Shown here: positions 29,931-38,479 of the stretch, piece after piece
Position numbering within the stretch: the first letter of the stretch is position 1
How the letters are laid out: each line of letters begins with the position of its first letter
NCBI GenBank assembly: GCA_964629685.1
Contig: CAZVTT010000001.1
Coordinates: forward strand, 449,319 to 513,318
DNA length: 64,000 nt
DNA from: an uncultured Gammaproteobacteria bacterium
Lineage (GTDB): Bacteria > Patescibacteriota > Microgenomatia > UBA10105 > UBA927
Reading direction: 5' to 3'
Position numbers and translations under genes: made by a program
The notes under the pieces: generated by a model
Database searches by the model: none
What the model was told of the DNA's origin: nothing
What the model saw: the letters and a program-made list of their open reading frames with translations, nothing else

Positions 29931-31304
29931 ATGGTAAAAAAACCGATGCGAATTTTTTTTGGGTTAATATTGTTTACGGCGCTTTTGGTTTTGCTGTGTT
30001 TACCTGAAAACTACCGGATTAAATTTAATTTAGGTCCGATTTCGGTTGATCGTATTATTAATCCTCCCGTAATAAACATACCTCTCGGTCAGAGTGTGAT
30101 GTACAAAGAATTTAAAACCAGACTCGGGTTAGATTTGGCCGGAGGAACTCACGTAACGTTGCAGGCGGATATGCACGATATTCCTGCAACAGACAGGGCA
30201 AATGCACTGGAGTCTGCAAAACAGGTCATTGAGCGACGGGTAAATTTTTTCGGGATTGCTGAACCGACAGTGCAAACATCTCAAACTCAGGACGCATACA
30301 GGATTATTGTCGAATTACCGGGAGTCACCGACGTTGAAGCGGCAGTTCAAACTATCGGGCAGACTGCCAGACTGGAATTTAGGGAATTTACCGATTTTGC
30401 TTCCGCAACTCAGGCTGCCTCACCAGCGGCTTTACTGGCAGCTACCAAACCGGTTGATATCACCGGAAAAGATTTGAAGCGGGCACAGATGATTTTTAGT
30501 ACTCAGACCAGTGAACCCGAAGTTGCGATAGAATTTACGGCAGATGGTGGGAAGAAATTTGCAGAGGTAACCAAACGACTTATCGGTCAGCCATTAGCCA
30601 TTTTTCTTGACGAGCTAATTATTTCCGCGCCGGTCGTAAATGCGGAAATTACAGACGGAAATGCCGTCATTTCGGGACAGTTTACCCGTGAAGGAGCAAA
30701 ATATCTCGCATTACAATTAAATGCCGGTGCATTGCCGGTTCCTGTCGACGTTGTCGAAAAGCGAACAGTGGGCGCAACATTAGGGGCAGAATCTGTTCAA
30801 AAGAGTATCCGTGCCGGAATTATCGGTTTGACATTAGTTATGGTATTTATGATTCTGCGGTATAAGTGGTTGGGTGTTTTTGCAACTGCAGCGTTATGTA
30901 TCTACGGACTGTTAAATTTTGCGTTATATAGATTTATTCCCATTACGCTTACTTTACCGGGAATTGCCGGGTTCATTCTGTCTATAGGAATGGCTGTAGA
31001 CAGTAATATCCTTATTTTCGAGCGATATAGGGAAGAACTCAGACGCGGTAAACCTTGGCAAATTGCTATGGAACAGGCTTTTGGTCGCGCGTGGGACAGT
31101 ATACGCGATGCAAATCTTACTACGCTTATTACCTGTCTTATATTATTTAACCCGGGAAATTGGTCTATTTTACCGAGTTCAGGGCTAGTACGTGGTTTTG
31201 CCCTGAATCTATTTATCGGTGTAATTACCAGCTTGTTTACCGGTATTGTAGTAACCAGAACCTTAATTCGGGTATTATATCGTCCCCGGGAGGCAAAATC
31301 ATGA
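29931..31304 (+). CDS. secD: Protein translocase subunit SecD
   Basis: LGLDLAGGTHVTLQAD motif, C-terminal 6-TM SecDF domain. Confidence 0.85.
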   Translation: MVKKPMRIFFGLILFTALLVLLCLPENYRIKFNLGPISVDRIINPPVINIPLGQSVMYKEFKTRLGLDLAGGTHVTLQADMHDIPATDRANALESAKQVIERRVNFFGIAEPTVQTSQTQDAYRIIVELPGVTDVEAAVQTIGQTARLEFREFTDFASATQAASPAALLAATKPVDITGKDLKRAQMIFSTQTSEPEVAIEFTADGGKKFAEVTKRLIGQPLAIFLDELIISAPVVNAEITDGNAVISGQFTREGAKYLALQLNAGALPVPVDVVEKRTVGATLGAESVQKSIRAGIIGLTLVMVFMILRYKWLGVFATAALCIYGLLNFALYRFIPITLTLPGIAGFILSIGMAVDSNILIFERYREELRRGKPWQIAMEQAFGRAWDSIRDANLTTLITCLILFNPGNWSILPSSGLVRGFALNLFIGVITSLFTGIVVTRTLIRVLYRPREAKS

Positions 31305-32188
31305 TTCGTTTTTCTAAATATATTTGGATATATTTTTTGGTTTCCGCAGTGGTTTTGGTGCCGGGATTATTTTCATTGTTTCGTTTTGGGTTAAGACAGT
31401 CGATAGATTTTACGGGCGGTGCGTTTTTGGAAGTGCGATTTGATAACTCAGTATCCGAAGAAGCAATTAACTCTGCGGTTGAACAAGAACAGATACCGAT
31501 TGTTAATCTGCAAACGTCATCCGGAAATACGTATCTTTTCAGAATTAAACCGGAAGGGAACGACAAAGTTTTTTCGTTTATTGAAAAACTTGCGCAGACA
31601 ACGAACCAAACACCCGTTGTACTCCGAAATGAGACTGTTGGACCTATTTTGGGGAAAGAACTGTTAAGTAAAACGGTTACTGCTGGTTTTTTTGCATTGG
31701 CCGTAATATTGGCTTACGTGGCCTACGCATTCAAGAATATTAAATATGGAGTTTCCGCAATTATCGCACTCATACACGATCTGTTAGTTGTCCTTGGAGT
31801 TTTTTCGTTATTGGGCTACTTTTCCGGTGTGGAGGTAGATACTCTGTTTGTTACTGCATTCCTTACCACCATGAGTTTTTCAGTTCATGACACCATCGTG
31901 GTATTTGACCGTATTCGTGAATTAACGCATAAAAACTCCCGTCTTCCTTTTGAAGAAATTACCGATTTGGCTATGACGCAGACAATGGGCAGGTCACTAG
32001 CGAATTCGTTTACGATTATATTTATGTTACTTGCCTTAGTACTCCTGGGTGGCACGTCCGTGCACTGGTTTGCAGTAGCACTGCTTATTGGGACTGTTTC
32101 CGGTACGTATTCTTCTCCATTTATCGCGACACCGGTACTTATATTGTGGGATAGATGGGAAAAACGCAAAAAGCTGCACGTCAAATAA
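31301..32188 (+). CDS. secF: Protein translocase subunit SecF
   Basis: ATGA overlap with secD; IDFTGGAFLEV motif; 6 TM. The track ORF begins upstream at 31160, but the in-frame ATG at 31301 fits coupling. Confidence 0.85.
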   Translation: MIRFSKYIWIYFLVSAVVLVPGLFSLFRFGLRQSIDFTGGAFLEVRFDNSVSEEAINSAVEQEQIPIVNLQTSSGNTYLFRIKPEGNDKVFSFIEKLAQTTNQTPVVLRNETVGPILGKELLSKTVTAGFFALAVILAYVAYAFKNIKYGVSAIIALIHDLLVVLGVFSLLGYFSGVEVDTLFVTAFLTTMSFSVHDTIVVFDRIRELTHKNSRLPFEEITDLAMTQTMGRSLANSFTIIFMLLALVLLGGTSVHWFAVALLIGTVSGTYSSPFIATPVLILWDRWEKRKKLHVK

Positions 32189-33574
32189 TTAAGAATCGGG
32201 AGTAAGTAGTTCGGGCTTTAACTCATGCAGACGCTGTAATAGTGCTGCTTCCGTATTTTGAAGGTTACCGGCTTCCACTTCAGCAAATAGTCTATCCAGT
32301 GCGATACCTATAAGAGGCCCGGGTTTAATTCCGAGTTCTTTCATCACCATATAGCCATCTATAAGTAAATCCGGAACGCCGAATGGCTGTTGTTGTACTT
32401 CCTCAAGTCTTTTTTTGAAGAGTTCCAACCGCCAAGAAGTTTCCAGTGCACCGCCACCCAAACGGTCACCGATCCTGAGAGCAAGCATATCGGGTAAATA
32501 TTCTTTTGTGACATGCCGAATAAACCGGCGAATGGCACTATCCGTTTGTCTCTCGTCTACCGTAAATTGGTGCCATCTGATAAGTGTAATGAGTTTCTCC
32601 GATTGTTTTTTTGACAAACGGAGTCTGACGGCGATAGATTTGGCTATTTTTGCTCCGACTACCTCGTGATTGTAAAACGTAATAACCCCATCCGGTGTTT
32701 TTCTGAACGTAGCAGGTTTGCCTATATCGTGGAGTAACGTAGCCAGCCTAACCAGCGGATCATCGGAAGGACAATTGCGTAACGCCATAACTAAATGTGT
32801 GCCAACATCATAAAGGTGATGTCGTTTTGGACTTTTTTGTGGAGTATCAAATGCTAATTCCAATTCCGGAAGAATCTCATGCAATATCCCGCTGTTTTTT
32901 AGCACCAGGACTCCGTCTGCAGCAAAATTACTTGCCAGAAGTTTAAAAAGTTCGTCTCTTATCCGTTCCGCAGAAATTGTGTTAAGTCGACCAGCTGACT
33001 CCTGAATTGCAGTCATAGTTCCAGGTTCAATCATAAATCCCAACTGAGCAGCTATCCGTACAGCCCGCATCATACGGAGTGCGTCTTCGGCAAATCGTTC
33101 CTTGGGAGCTCCTACTGTTCTGATGATTTTAGCGCGTATGTCAGTTTGCCCGTTATACGGATCTATAATTTCAACCCCATCACTGGCGATTGCATTGATA
33201 GTGAAATCCCGCCGCGAGAGATCATCCCGAAGAGTTTTTCCCCAGGAAATTACATCCGGATGGCGGTTATCCGTATATCCTTGTTCACTTCTGTATGTAG
33301 TAATTTCAAAAATGTCTATTAACTCCGGTTCGGTATGCTCTGACGGTGGTGATGCATAAATTTTAATACCAACTGTGCCGAATTGATTATCGTAAAAACT
33401 GTCCGGAAAAATACTTAAAATTTGTTCCGGTGTGGCGTTTGTCGTAAAGTCCCAACCCTTGGTGGGCCGGTTCATCAGCGTATCACGAATTGATCCTCCG
33501 ACAGCATAAATTTCGTACCCTGCGGCTTTTAGTGATGCGATAATCTCCAATACTTTACCCGGTAGCGTTATCAT
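32189..33574 (-). CDS. cca: CCA-adding tRNA nucleotidyltransferase with HD domain
   Basis: GGSIRDTLMNRPTKGWDFTT polymerase-beta head; HD motif HLYDVGTHL...LLHDIGKP. Confidence 0.8.
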   Translation of the reverse strand: MITLPGKVLEIIASLKAAGYEIYAVGGSIRDTLMNRPTKGWDFTTNATPEQILSIFPDSFYDNQFGTVGIKIYASPPSEHTEPELIDIFEITTYRSEQGYTDNRHPDVISWGKTLRDDLSRRDFTINAIASDGVEIIDPYNGQTDIRAKIIRTVGAPKERFAEDALRMMRAVRIAAQLGFMIEPGTMTAIQESAGRLNTISAERIRDELFKLLASNFAADGVLVLKNSGILHEILPELELAFDTPQKSPKRHHLYDVGTHLVMALRNCPSDDPLVRLATLLHDIGKPATFRKTPDGVITFYNHEVVGAKIAKSIAVRLRLSKKQSEKLITLIRWHQFTVDERQTDSAIRRFIRHVTKEYLPDMLALRIGDRLGGGALETSWRLELFKKRLEEVQQQPFGVPDLLIDGYMVMKELGIKPGPLIGIALDRLFAEVEAGNLQNTEAALLQRLHELKPELLTPDS

Positions 33575-33596
33575 GGCCCTATGATATCATAAGGCA

Positions 33597-35249
33597 ATGA
33601 AGAAATGGGATATTTTACCTCAAATACCGAAATCATTTTCAAATCCGGAAGAAATACTTCAACAACTTTTACAAAATAGGGGATTGGCAAATAGCAAAGA
33701 TGCAAATATTTTCCTGCGTCCTCCTGCTGCGTTTGATTTGAAGGCTGCAGATGTGGGAATAGATACGAAAGCTCTAAATTTAGCGGTAAAACGGATTCGG
33801 AAGGCGATTACTGCAAAAGAGTCAATTGTGGTATATGCAGACTATGATGCTGATGGTATAACCGCGGGAGCAATTATGTGGGAAACACTTTACGCTATGG
33901 GTGCACGTGTAATGCCATACATTCCCCATAGAGTAGAAGAAGGTTATGGGTTATCCATAAAGGGTATAGATAACGTACGGGCACAGTATGATCCCACACT
34001 GGTTATAACAGTAGATCATGGTATTACGGCATGGGAAAAGGTTGAATACGCCAAATCGTTGGGTATGGATGTTATTGTAACGGATCATCATACGAAACCG
34101 GAGAAGGTTCCTGATGCTATTACCGTTCACACCACGCAACTTGCCGGTTCAGGGGTGAGTTGGTTTTTGGCAAAAGAGGTATCCGGTATTCGTAATGAAG
34201 AACTTACTGCGTTGGCAACCATTGGTACTGTTGCTGACTTAGTTCCGCTTATTGGACCCAATCGCGCGATAGTAAAAGAAGGGCTTACCGCATTGAATCG
34301 AACTTCCAGGGTCGGTTTATTGGCAATGCTTACGGATGCCGGTTTAAGTCGTGGAGCATTGAGTACATACAGTATTTCGCATGTTCTTGCTCCCAGGCTG
34401 AATGCTATGGGAAGAATTGTTCATGCTATGGATGCTCTGCGTTTGCTCTGTACCAAACAAGAGGATAAGGCGATGATTCTGGCCAGGCAGTTGGGGCTAA
34501 CTAACAAAGAACGGCAACGCTTAACAGAAGATGCTTCACTTCGGGCGAAAGAATCGCTCTATGCGTTAGGAAACACTAGTAATAGTAAAAAATTATTATT
34601 TCTCGCTCATACGGAATATAACCAGGGTATAATCGGTCTTGTCGCGGGCAGGTTAGTGGAAGAATATTATCGTCCGGCAATTGTGGTGGCAATAGGCGAA
34701 GACATTTCTAAAGCGTCAGCCAGGTCTATATCCGGGTTTAATATTGTTGAAGCGATAAAAAGCTGCAGCGATCTGCTGATAGACGTCGGCGGTCATCCTA
34801 TGGCTGCCGGATTTACCGTAGAAACTAAAAATCTAACCACACTACAGCAACGGCTTGAACAGGTAGCTGAAGAACAGCTCGATCAGGAATTGTTAACCAG
34901 AAGACTCCGCATAGATGCTGAAATACCGTTAGGACTCGTAAGTGAAACGTTATGCAGCATGTTGGAACAAATGGAACCTTTTGGGTTTGGTAATCCTGAG
35001 CCGGTTTTTGTTTCCGGGCAAGTACAATTACGTGACGTCCAACTGCTGGGATCTGAAGGCAAACATTTAAAAATAAGAGTTCGCCAAGGTGAAGGACCAC
35101 TCTTTCAGGCAGTGGCATTTAGTATGGGCGATTTATACCCAAAGTTATTTCCCAATATGGTTTTTGATGTAGCATATACGGTTGAAATGAACGAATGGAA
35201 CGGAAAAAAACGACTACAATTGAAGATAAAAGATATTCATTTTGAGTAG
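33597..35249 (+). CDS. recJ: Single-stranded-DNA-specific exonuclease RecJ
   Basis: DHH motifs VVYADYDADGITAG, ITVDHG, VIVTDHH; DHHA1 GGHPMAAG. Confidence 0.85.
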   Translation: MKKWDILPQIPKSFSNPEEILQQLLQNRGLANSKDANIFLRPPAAFDLKAADVGIDTKALNLAVKRIRKAITAKESIVVYADYDADGITAGAIMWETLYAMGARVMPYIPHRVEEGYGLSIKGIDNVRAQYDPTLVITVDHGITAWEKVEYAKSLGMDVIVTDHHTKPEKVPDAITVHTTQLAGSGVSWFLAKEVSGIRNEELTALATIGTVADLVPLIGPNRAIVKEGLTALNRTSRVGLLAMLTDAGLSRGALSTYSISHVLAPRLNAMGRIVHAMDALRLLCTKQEDKAMILARQLGLTNKERQRLTEDASLRAKESLYALGNTSNSKKLLFLAHTEYNQGIIGLVAGRLVEEYYRPAIVVAIGEDISKASARSISGFNIVEAIKSCSDLLIDVGGHPMAAGFTVETKNLTTLQQRLEQVAEEQLDQELLTRRLRIDAEIPLGLVSETLCSMLEQMEPFGFGNPEPVFVSGQVQLRDVQLLGSEGKHLKIRVRQGEGPLFQAVAFSMGDLYPKLFPNMVFDVAYTVEMNEWNGKKRLQLKIKDIHFE

Positions 35250-35274
35250 TTTTAGTATTCTAAACTGAACAGGA

Positions 35275-35322
35275 AAAATCCCCACATATGATGAGTGCAT
35301 ATACTCAGATATGTGGGGATTT
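35275..35322. repeat. Strong hairpin (14-bp stem plus inner 5-bp stem), putative bidirectional terminator after recJ
   Basis: AAATCCCCACATAT...ATATGTGGGGATTT; minus-strand reading is followed by TTTTCC. Confidence 0.55.
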
Positions 35323-35342
35323 CCTATAGTCTTGGTTCATAA

Positions 35343-35403
35343 CCACCTACCTGTAATTTTCAGACGTAAAGATATCTTACGACTGGAAAAGGCAGGCAGG
35401 TGG
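35343..35403. repeat. Inverted repeat, 11-bp arms with one mismatch, 38-bp spacer containing a near-palindrome
   Basis: CCACCTACCTG ... CAGGCAGGTGG; the spacer holds CGTAAAGATATCTTACG. Confidence 0.45.
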
Positions 35404-35539
35404 TAGGAAAAAAAGAACAGAGAAACAGGGATGAATAATAGAGTAAAAAATTGCAAAAAAAACGAAACCCCGGAGGGTGAGATCCGACTTCTGGCGGGCA
35501 TAGTGCCGGATCTCAAATACTGGTGGGTTTCTCGTTCGG

Positions 35540-35743
35540 TTAGCTTTGTTGTGCGGGTATTTCTTCATCGGGGAAACTTTGTGGTTCGGCAGAACCGAGA
35601 AGACTCACCAGTCTTCTTTTCCAGTTTTTACCGAGCATCTCTGCCACTTCACCTGCACTCATATTTACGCCGCAAATTTTTGCGACGGCAGGTCTGTTTC
35701 CGACTGCGTTCCCATCCGGTGACTGAATATCGCTATTGCTTAC
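35540..35743 (-). CDS. Small hypothetical protein (68 aa) with HTH-like segment
   Basis: Start at the internal ATG preceded by AAGGAGA 8 nt upstream. AVAKICGVNMSAGEVAEMLGKNWKRRLV looks HTH-like. The track extends it 16 codons upstream without an RBS. Confidence 0.4.
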   Translation of the reverse strand, partial: VSNSDIQSPDGNAVGNRPAVAKICGVNMSAGEVAEMLGKNWKRRLVSLLGSAEPQSFPDEEIPAQQS

Positions 35744-35900
35744 CATTTGAAAATCTCCTTGTTGTATATCTGACGTATTCGAGAACCCTTTCATCTCCTG
35801 TTCTTAGTTTTCCAAGAACCGAGACCATATAGCCACCAAGAATGATGGATATATGGTCCCGGTCCTCTTTACTTGTTAATGTGCAAACTACCATTTTTGT

Positions 35901-35930
35901 TCAAAAAAAACCTCCTGTTGAGAGGAGGTT
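35901..35930 (-). terminator. Rho-independent terminator (minus orientation), repeat family member 1
   Basis: Minus strand reads AACCTCCTCTCAACAGGAGGTT followed by TTTTTTTT. Confidence 0.6.
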
Positions 35931-36065
35931 TCTTATGTACTGTTTAGTGTTATCAGTACCTCAAAACCTCCCCATCGCTGAGGAGAATAAGAATTGTAAT
36001 GACGTTTAAAATATGTATGTTCATAAATACTATGTATTACTATTTGTTAATTTGTTAAAACGATT

Positions 36066-36117
36066 AATACATCCCCGTTGTTGATCAGCGCTTCGGCTTA
36101 CAGAACGGGGATGTATT
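36066..36117. repeat. Hairpin with 14-bp stem and 24-nt loop
   Basis: AATACATCCCCGTT ... AACGGGGATGTATT; T-rich downstream on plus strand. Confidence 0.55.
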
Positions 36118-36126
36118 TATACTTCT

Positions 36127-36193
36127 GTTTCTTCTTGTCTGTGATGAACAGTTGTTAGGTTTTAACAACTAATAAAAACAGACAAGAAGAAAC
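36127..36193. repeat. Nested perfect inverted repeats (16-bp outer arms, 8-bp inner arms)
   Basis: GTTTCTTCTTGTCTGT ... ACAGACAAGAAGAAAC enclosing AGTTGTTA-ggttt-TAACAACT. Confidence 0.6.
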
Positions 36194-36285
36194 GATAACG
36201 GAGGAAAACAAAAAAATAAAAGGAAGGGACGGTCCAGCAGACGCTGTATATATTCCACTGGACCATTCTCCTGATTATGCTGGTT

Positions 36286-36570
36286 TCAGCTCTTTTTTTT
36301 CGGCTTGCGCGGATTCGTTTGTTTTTTAAGTGCCATTGCAACTTTCTGAGGTGATACTCCGGTTTCAAGCATTTCAACGACGCGGGTGAGATGAGTTATA
36401 TATCCCTCATTTGCACGGCTGGCGAGACAACCTTGCCCATGTCTAGGTGATAATGCCAGATTCCGTTCGCGGTTTAACAGTGAGAGAATATGACTTCCCG
36501 TTTGCTGATCTGCTTTTGCATAGAGCCTTTCGATTAGTTGCTGATCATCCAGTACACTGACGGTACCCAT
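36286..36570 (-). CDS. Small hypothetical protein (94 aa)
   Basis: Strong RBS GGAGGT 8 nt upstream of ATG; no recognised family. Confidence 0.5.
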   Translation of the reverse strand: MGTVSVLDDQQLIERLYAKADQQTGSHILSLLNRERNLALSPRHGQGCLASRANEGYITHLTRVVEMLETGVSPQKVAMALKKQTNPRKPKKKS

Positions 36571-36683
36571 TACTAGTTACCTCCGATATGTGAACTACCG
36601 AGCGGGCAAAACACATTTATTCAACAATATTGTTTTAAACAAAAGTGTTTTGTTCCGATCAGTAGTGTGTTAATGTGCTACGC

Positions 36684-36716
36684 AACAAAAAAACCTCCTG
36701 GTTCTTTCAGGAGGTT
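36684..36716 (-). terminator. Rho-independent terminator (minus orientation), repeat family member 2
   Basis: Minus strand reads AACCTCCTGAAAGAACCAGGAGGTT followed by TTTTTTT; about 70% identical with flanks to the 35901 element. Confidence 0.6.
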
Positions 36717-36826
36717 ACTTGGTAGTTAGTTTTTGTTACTTTCTCTACGCCACGCAACCTCCGTCCGAAATTCGGAGGACGGTAATAAAGGACATGGTCT
36801 GTTTAGCGTAGGTATTCATACAACAA
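36686..36826 (-). ncRNA. Candidate small RNA (promoter-to-terminator unit, about 140 nt)
   Basis: Bounded by a near-consensus promoter (36831-36859) and the 36684-36716 terminator; contains a stable internal hairpin CCGUCC..GGACGG; only a 24-codon ORF without an RBS. Confidence 0.35.
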
Positions 36827-36830
36827 CTAG

Positions 36831-36859
36831 ATTGTATAATGACGTCAGAATAATGTCAA
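36831..36859 (-). promoter_or_regulatory. Near-consensus sigma70 promoter on minus strand
   Basis: Minus strand reads TTGACA, 17-nt spacer, TACAAT. Confidence 0.45.
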
Positions 36860-36950
36860 ACTAGGAATACTTAAGAGCAAAATGACAAGGTTTTCAGGGG
36901 TATATGCATGTAGTGAAAAATGACTGCTTGCCGTACAATAGAAACAGCCT

Positions 36951-37451
36951 ATGGATACGGTCTCCCCAGCTCATAAATTCGCTAGCGGTAATGATGTGTA
37001 TTCCGCTATTTGTCAACTTCTTGAGCGTGAAGGTGTAGAGTTTACCGCGTATGAACATGAAGCTGTTAAAACATCACTGGAGGCTGCCGCTATCAGAAAT
37101 TCCCCCTTACATGCCGGAGCTAAGGCTATGGTATTCTATGGGGATCGGCAACCGTTGATGATTGTACTTCCGGCTGACCGTAAGGTGGATATAAAAGTAT
37201 TTAAGCATATGTACGGTATTCGGGACCTACGTATGGCATCTGCTGATGAGGTAGTTCAGCTCACGGCGGTAACAGTAGGAGCAGTTCCACCATTCGGAGG
37301 ATTATTCGGTTTACCGGTATATGTCGATGTATCTCTTTCGGAAAATGAAATTATTTTTTTTAATGCCGGGTTACATACCAAATCGTTATCCCTAAAAGAG
37401 GCTGAATACGAACGTATAATCAAACCCGTACGAGGTAATTTTAGTATTTGA
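36951..37451 (+). CDS. YbaK/ProX-type aminoacyl-tRNA deacylase domain protein
   Basis: TVGAVPPFGG and overall YbaK-domain pattern, 166 aa. Confidence 0.7.
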   Translation: MDTVSPAHKFASGNDVYSAICQLLEREGVEFTAYEHEAVKTSLEAAAIRNSPLHAGAKAMVFYGDRQPLMIVLPADRKVDIKVFKHMYGIRDLRMASADEVVQLTAVTVGAVPPFGGLFGLPVYVDVSLSENEIIFFNAGLHTKSLSLKEAEYERIIKPVRGNFSI

Positions 37452-37454
37452 TAT

Positions 37455-38474
37455 ATGGCACCAAAGCGAAAAAGAAAACATCCCCGTACTTTTATTGTAA
37501 AAGAGCGCGAGCTAGTTCGTTCCGTATGGTGGAAAAAAGCATGGAGTAAAATTCTCTTTTTATTTGTGCTTGCTGTATTTATTCTGGGATATCCTGGTCA
37601 CAACGTCTATATGCGGAATGGAGAAACTATACCGGAAGTGCCGTTGGAACAACATCCGTCGATTTCTTTGCCATCTCCTGCACCGTATCCCGTAAATACC
37701 ACCGGCTTTTTTCCGGGTTCGGCAATTACAGCTTCTGGCATCGTAATTTTAGATATTAATTCGGGAGTATTTCTCTACAAACGCAATGAGCTGGAACCGT
37801 TGTTTCCAGCCTCGACTACGAAAATAATGACAGCGCTGGTGGCTTTCGATCAATTTCAATTGGACGACGTTTTAACGGTTAAAGAAATACCCACGGAAGG
37901 GCAAATGATGGGATTGGTCTTGGGAGAAAAAATGACGTTTGAGAATTTGCTTTACGGAGCCTTAATTCATTCCGGTAATGATGCTGCCTATGTTATCGCG
38001 GATAATTTCCCGGGCGGAGTGGCTTCTTTTGTAGCAGCAATGAACGAGAAAGCAGTGGAGCTTCATCTAACCGGAACCCATTTTACGAATCCGGTAGGAT
38101 ATGATGATCCAGAGCATAGAATGACTCCGATTGATTTAGCCAGACTGGCAAGCTTTGCTCTAAACAACAAGACTATTGCCAAAATGGTTTCTATTCCCCA
38201 AATTACCATCTCTGATGTTTCACACACGTATTTTCATGCCTTAAAAAACGTAAACGAACTGTTGGGAAAAATTCCGGGTGTGGGGGGAATAAAAACCGGT
38301 TGGACGGAGCAGGCAGGAGAGAATTTAGTATCTTTGGTAGACCGGAATAATCACAAAGTCATTATTGTATTACTTAAGAGTCAGGATCGCTTCGGGGAAA
38401 CTGCAATTCTAATAGACTGGATTTTTGGCAATCATGCCTGGGAAACGATTACTCCACCTGTTCCGGTTGAATAG
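37455..38474 (+). CDS. D-alanyl-D-alanine carboxypeptidase (peptidase S11, PBP5-like)
   Basis: SXXK (ASTTKIMT), SXN (HSGNDAA) and KTG (KTGWT) motifs in correct order; N-terminal anchor. Confidence 0.85.
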   Translation: MAPKRKRKHPRTFIVKERELVRSVWWKKAWSKILFLFVLAVFILGYPGHNVYMRNGETIPEVPLEQHPSISLPSPAPYPVNTTGFFPGSAITASGIVILDINSGVFLYKRNELEPLFPASTTKIMTALVAFDQFQLDDVLTVKEIPTEGQMMGLVLGEKMTFENLLYGALIHSGNDAAYVIADNFPGGVASFVAAMNEKAVELHLTGTHFTNPVGYDDPEHRMTPIDLARLASFALNNKTIAKMVSIPQITISDVSHTYFHALKNVNELLGKIPGVGGIKTGWTEQAGENLVSLVDRNNHKVIIVLLKSQDRFGETAILIDWIFGNHAWETITPPVPVE

Positions 38475-38479
38475 CTATG

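Noticed and set aside
35431-35832. 133-aa plus-strand ORF
   Set aside because: Cys/Arg-rich odd composition and no RBS; the opposite strand carries an RBS-supported small ORF.
36162-36377. 71-aa minus-strand ORF
   Set aside because: Overlaps the nested inverted repeat region; Lys/Arg-rich translation of A-rich sequence, no RBS.
35260-36950. tmRNA, SRP RNA or 6S RNA in the gene-poor region
   Set aside because: I looked for the tmRNA T-arm/ACCA end (GGUUCGAUUCC...CCACCA) and the SRP domain IV motif (GGAAGCAGCC) on both strands and did not find them. A covariance-model scan is still needed.
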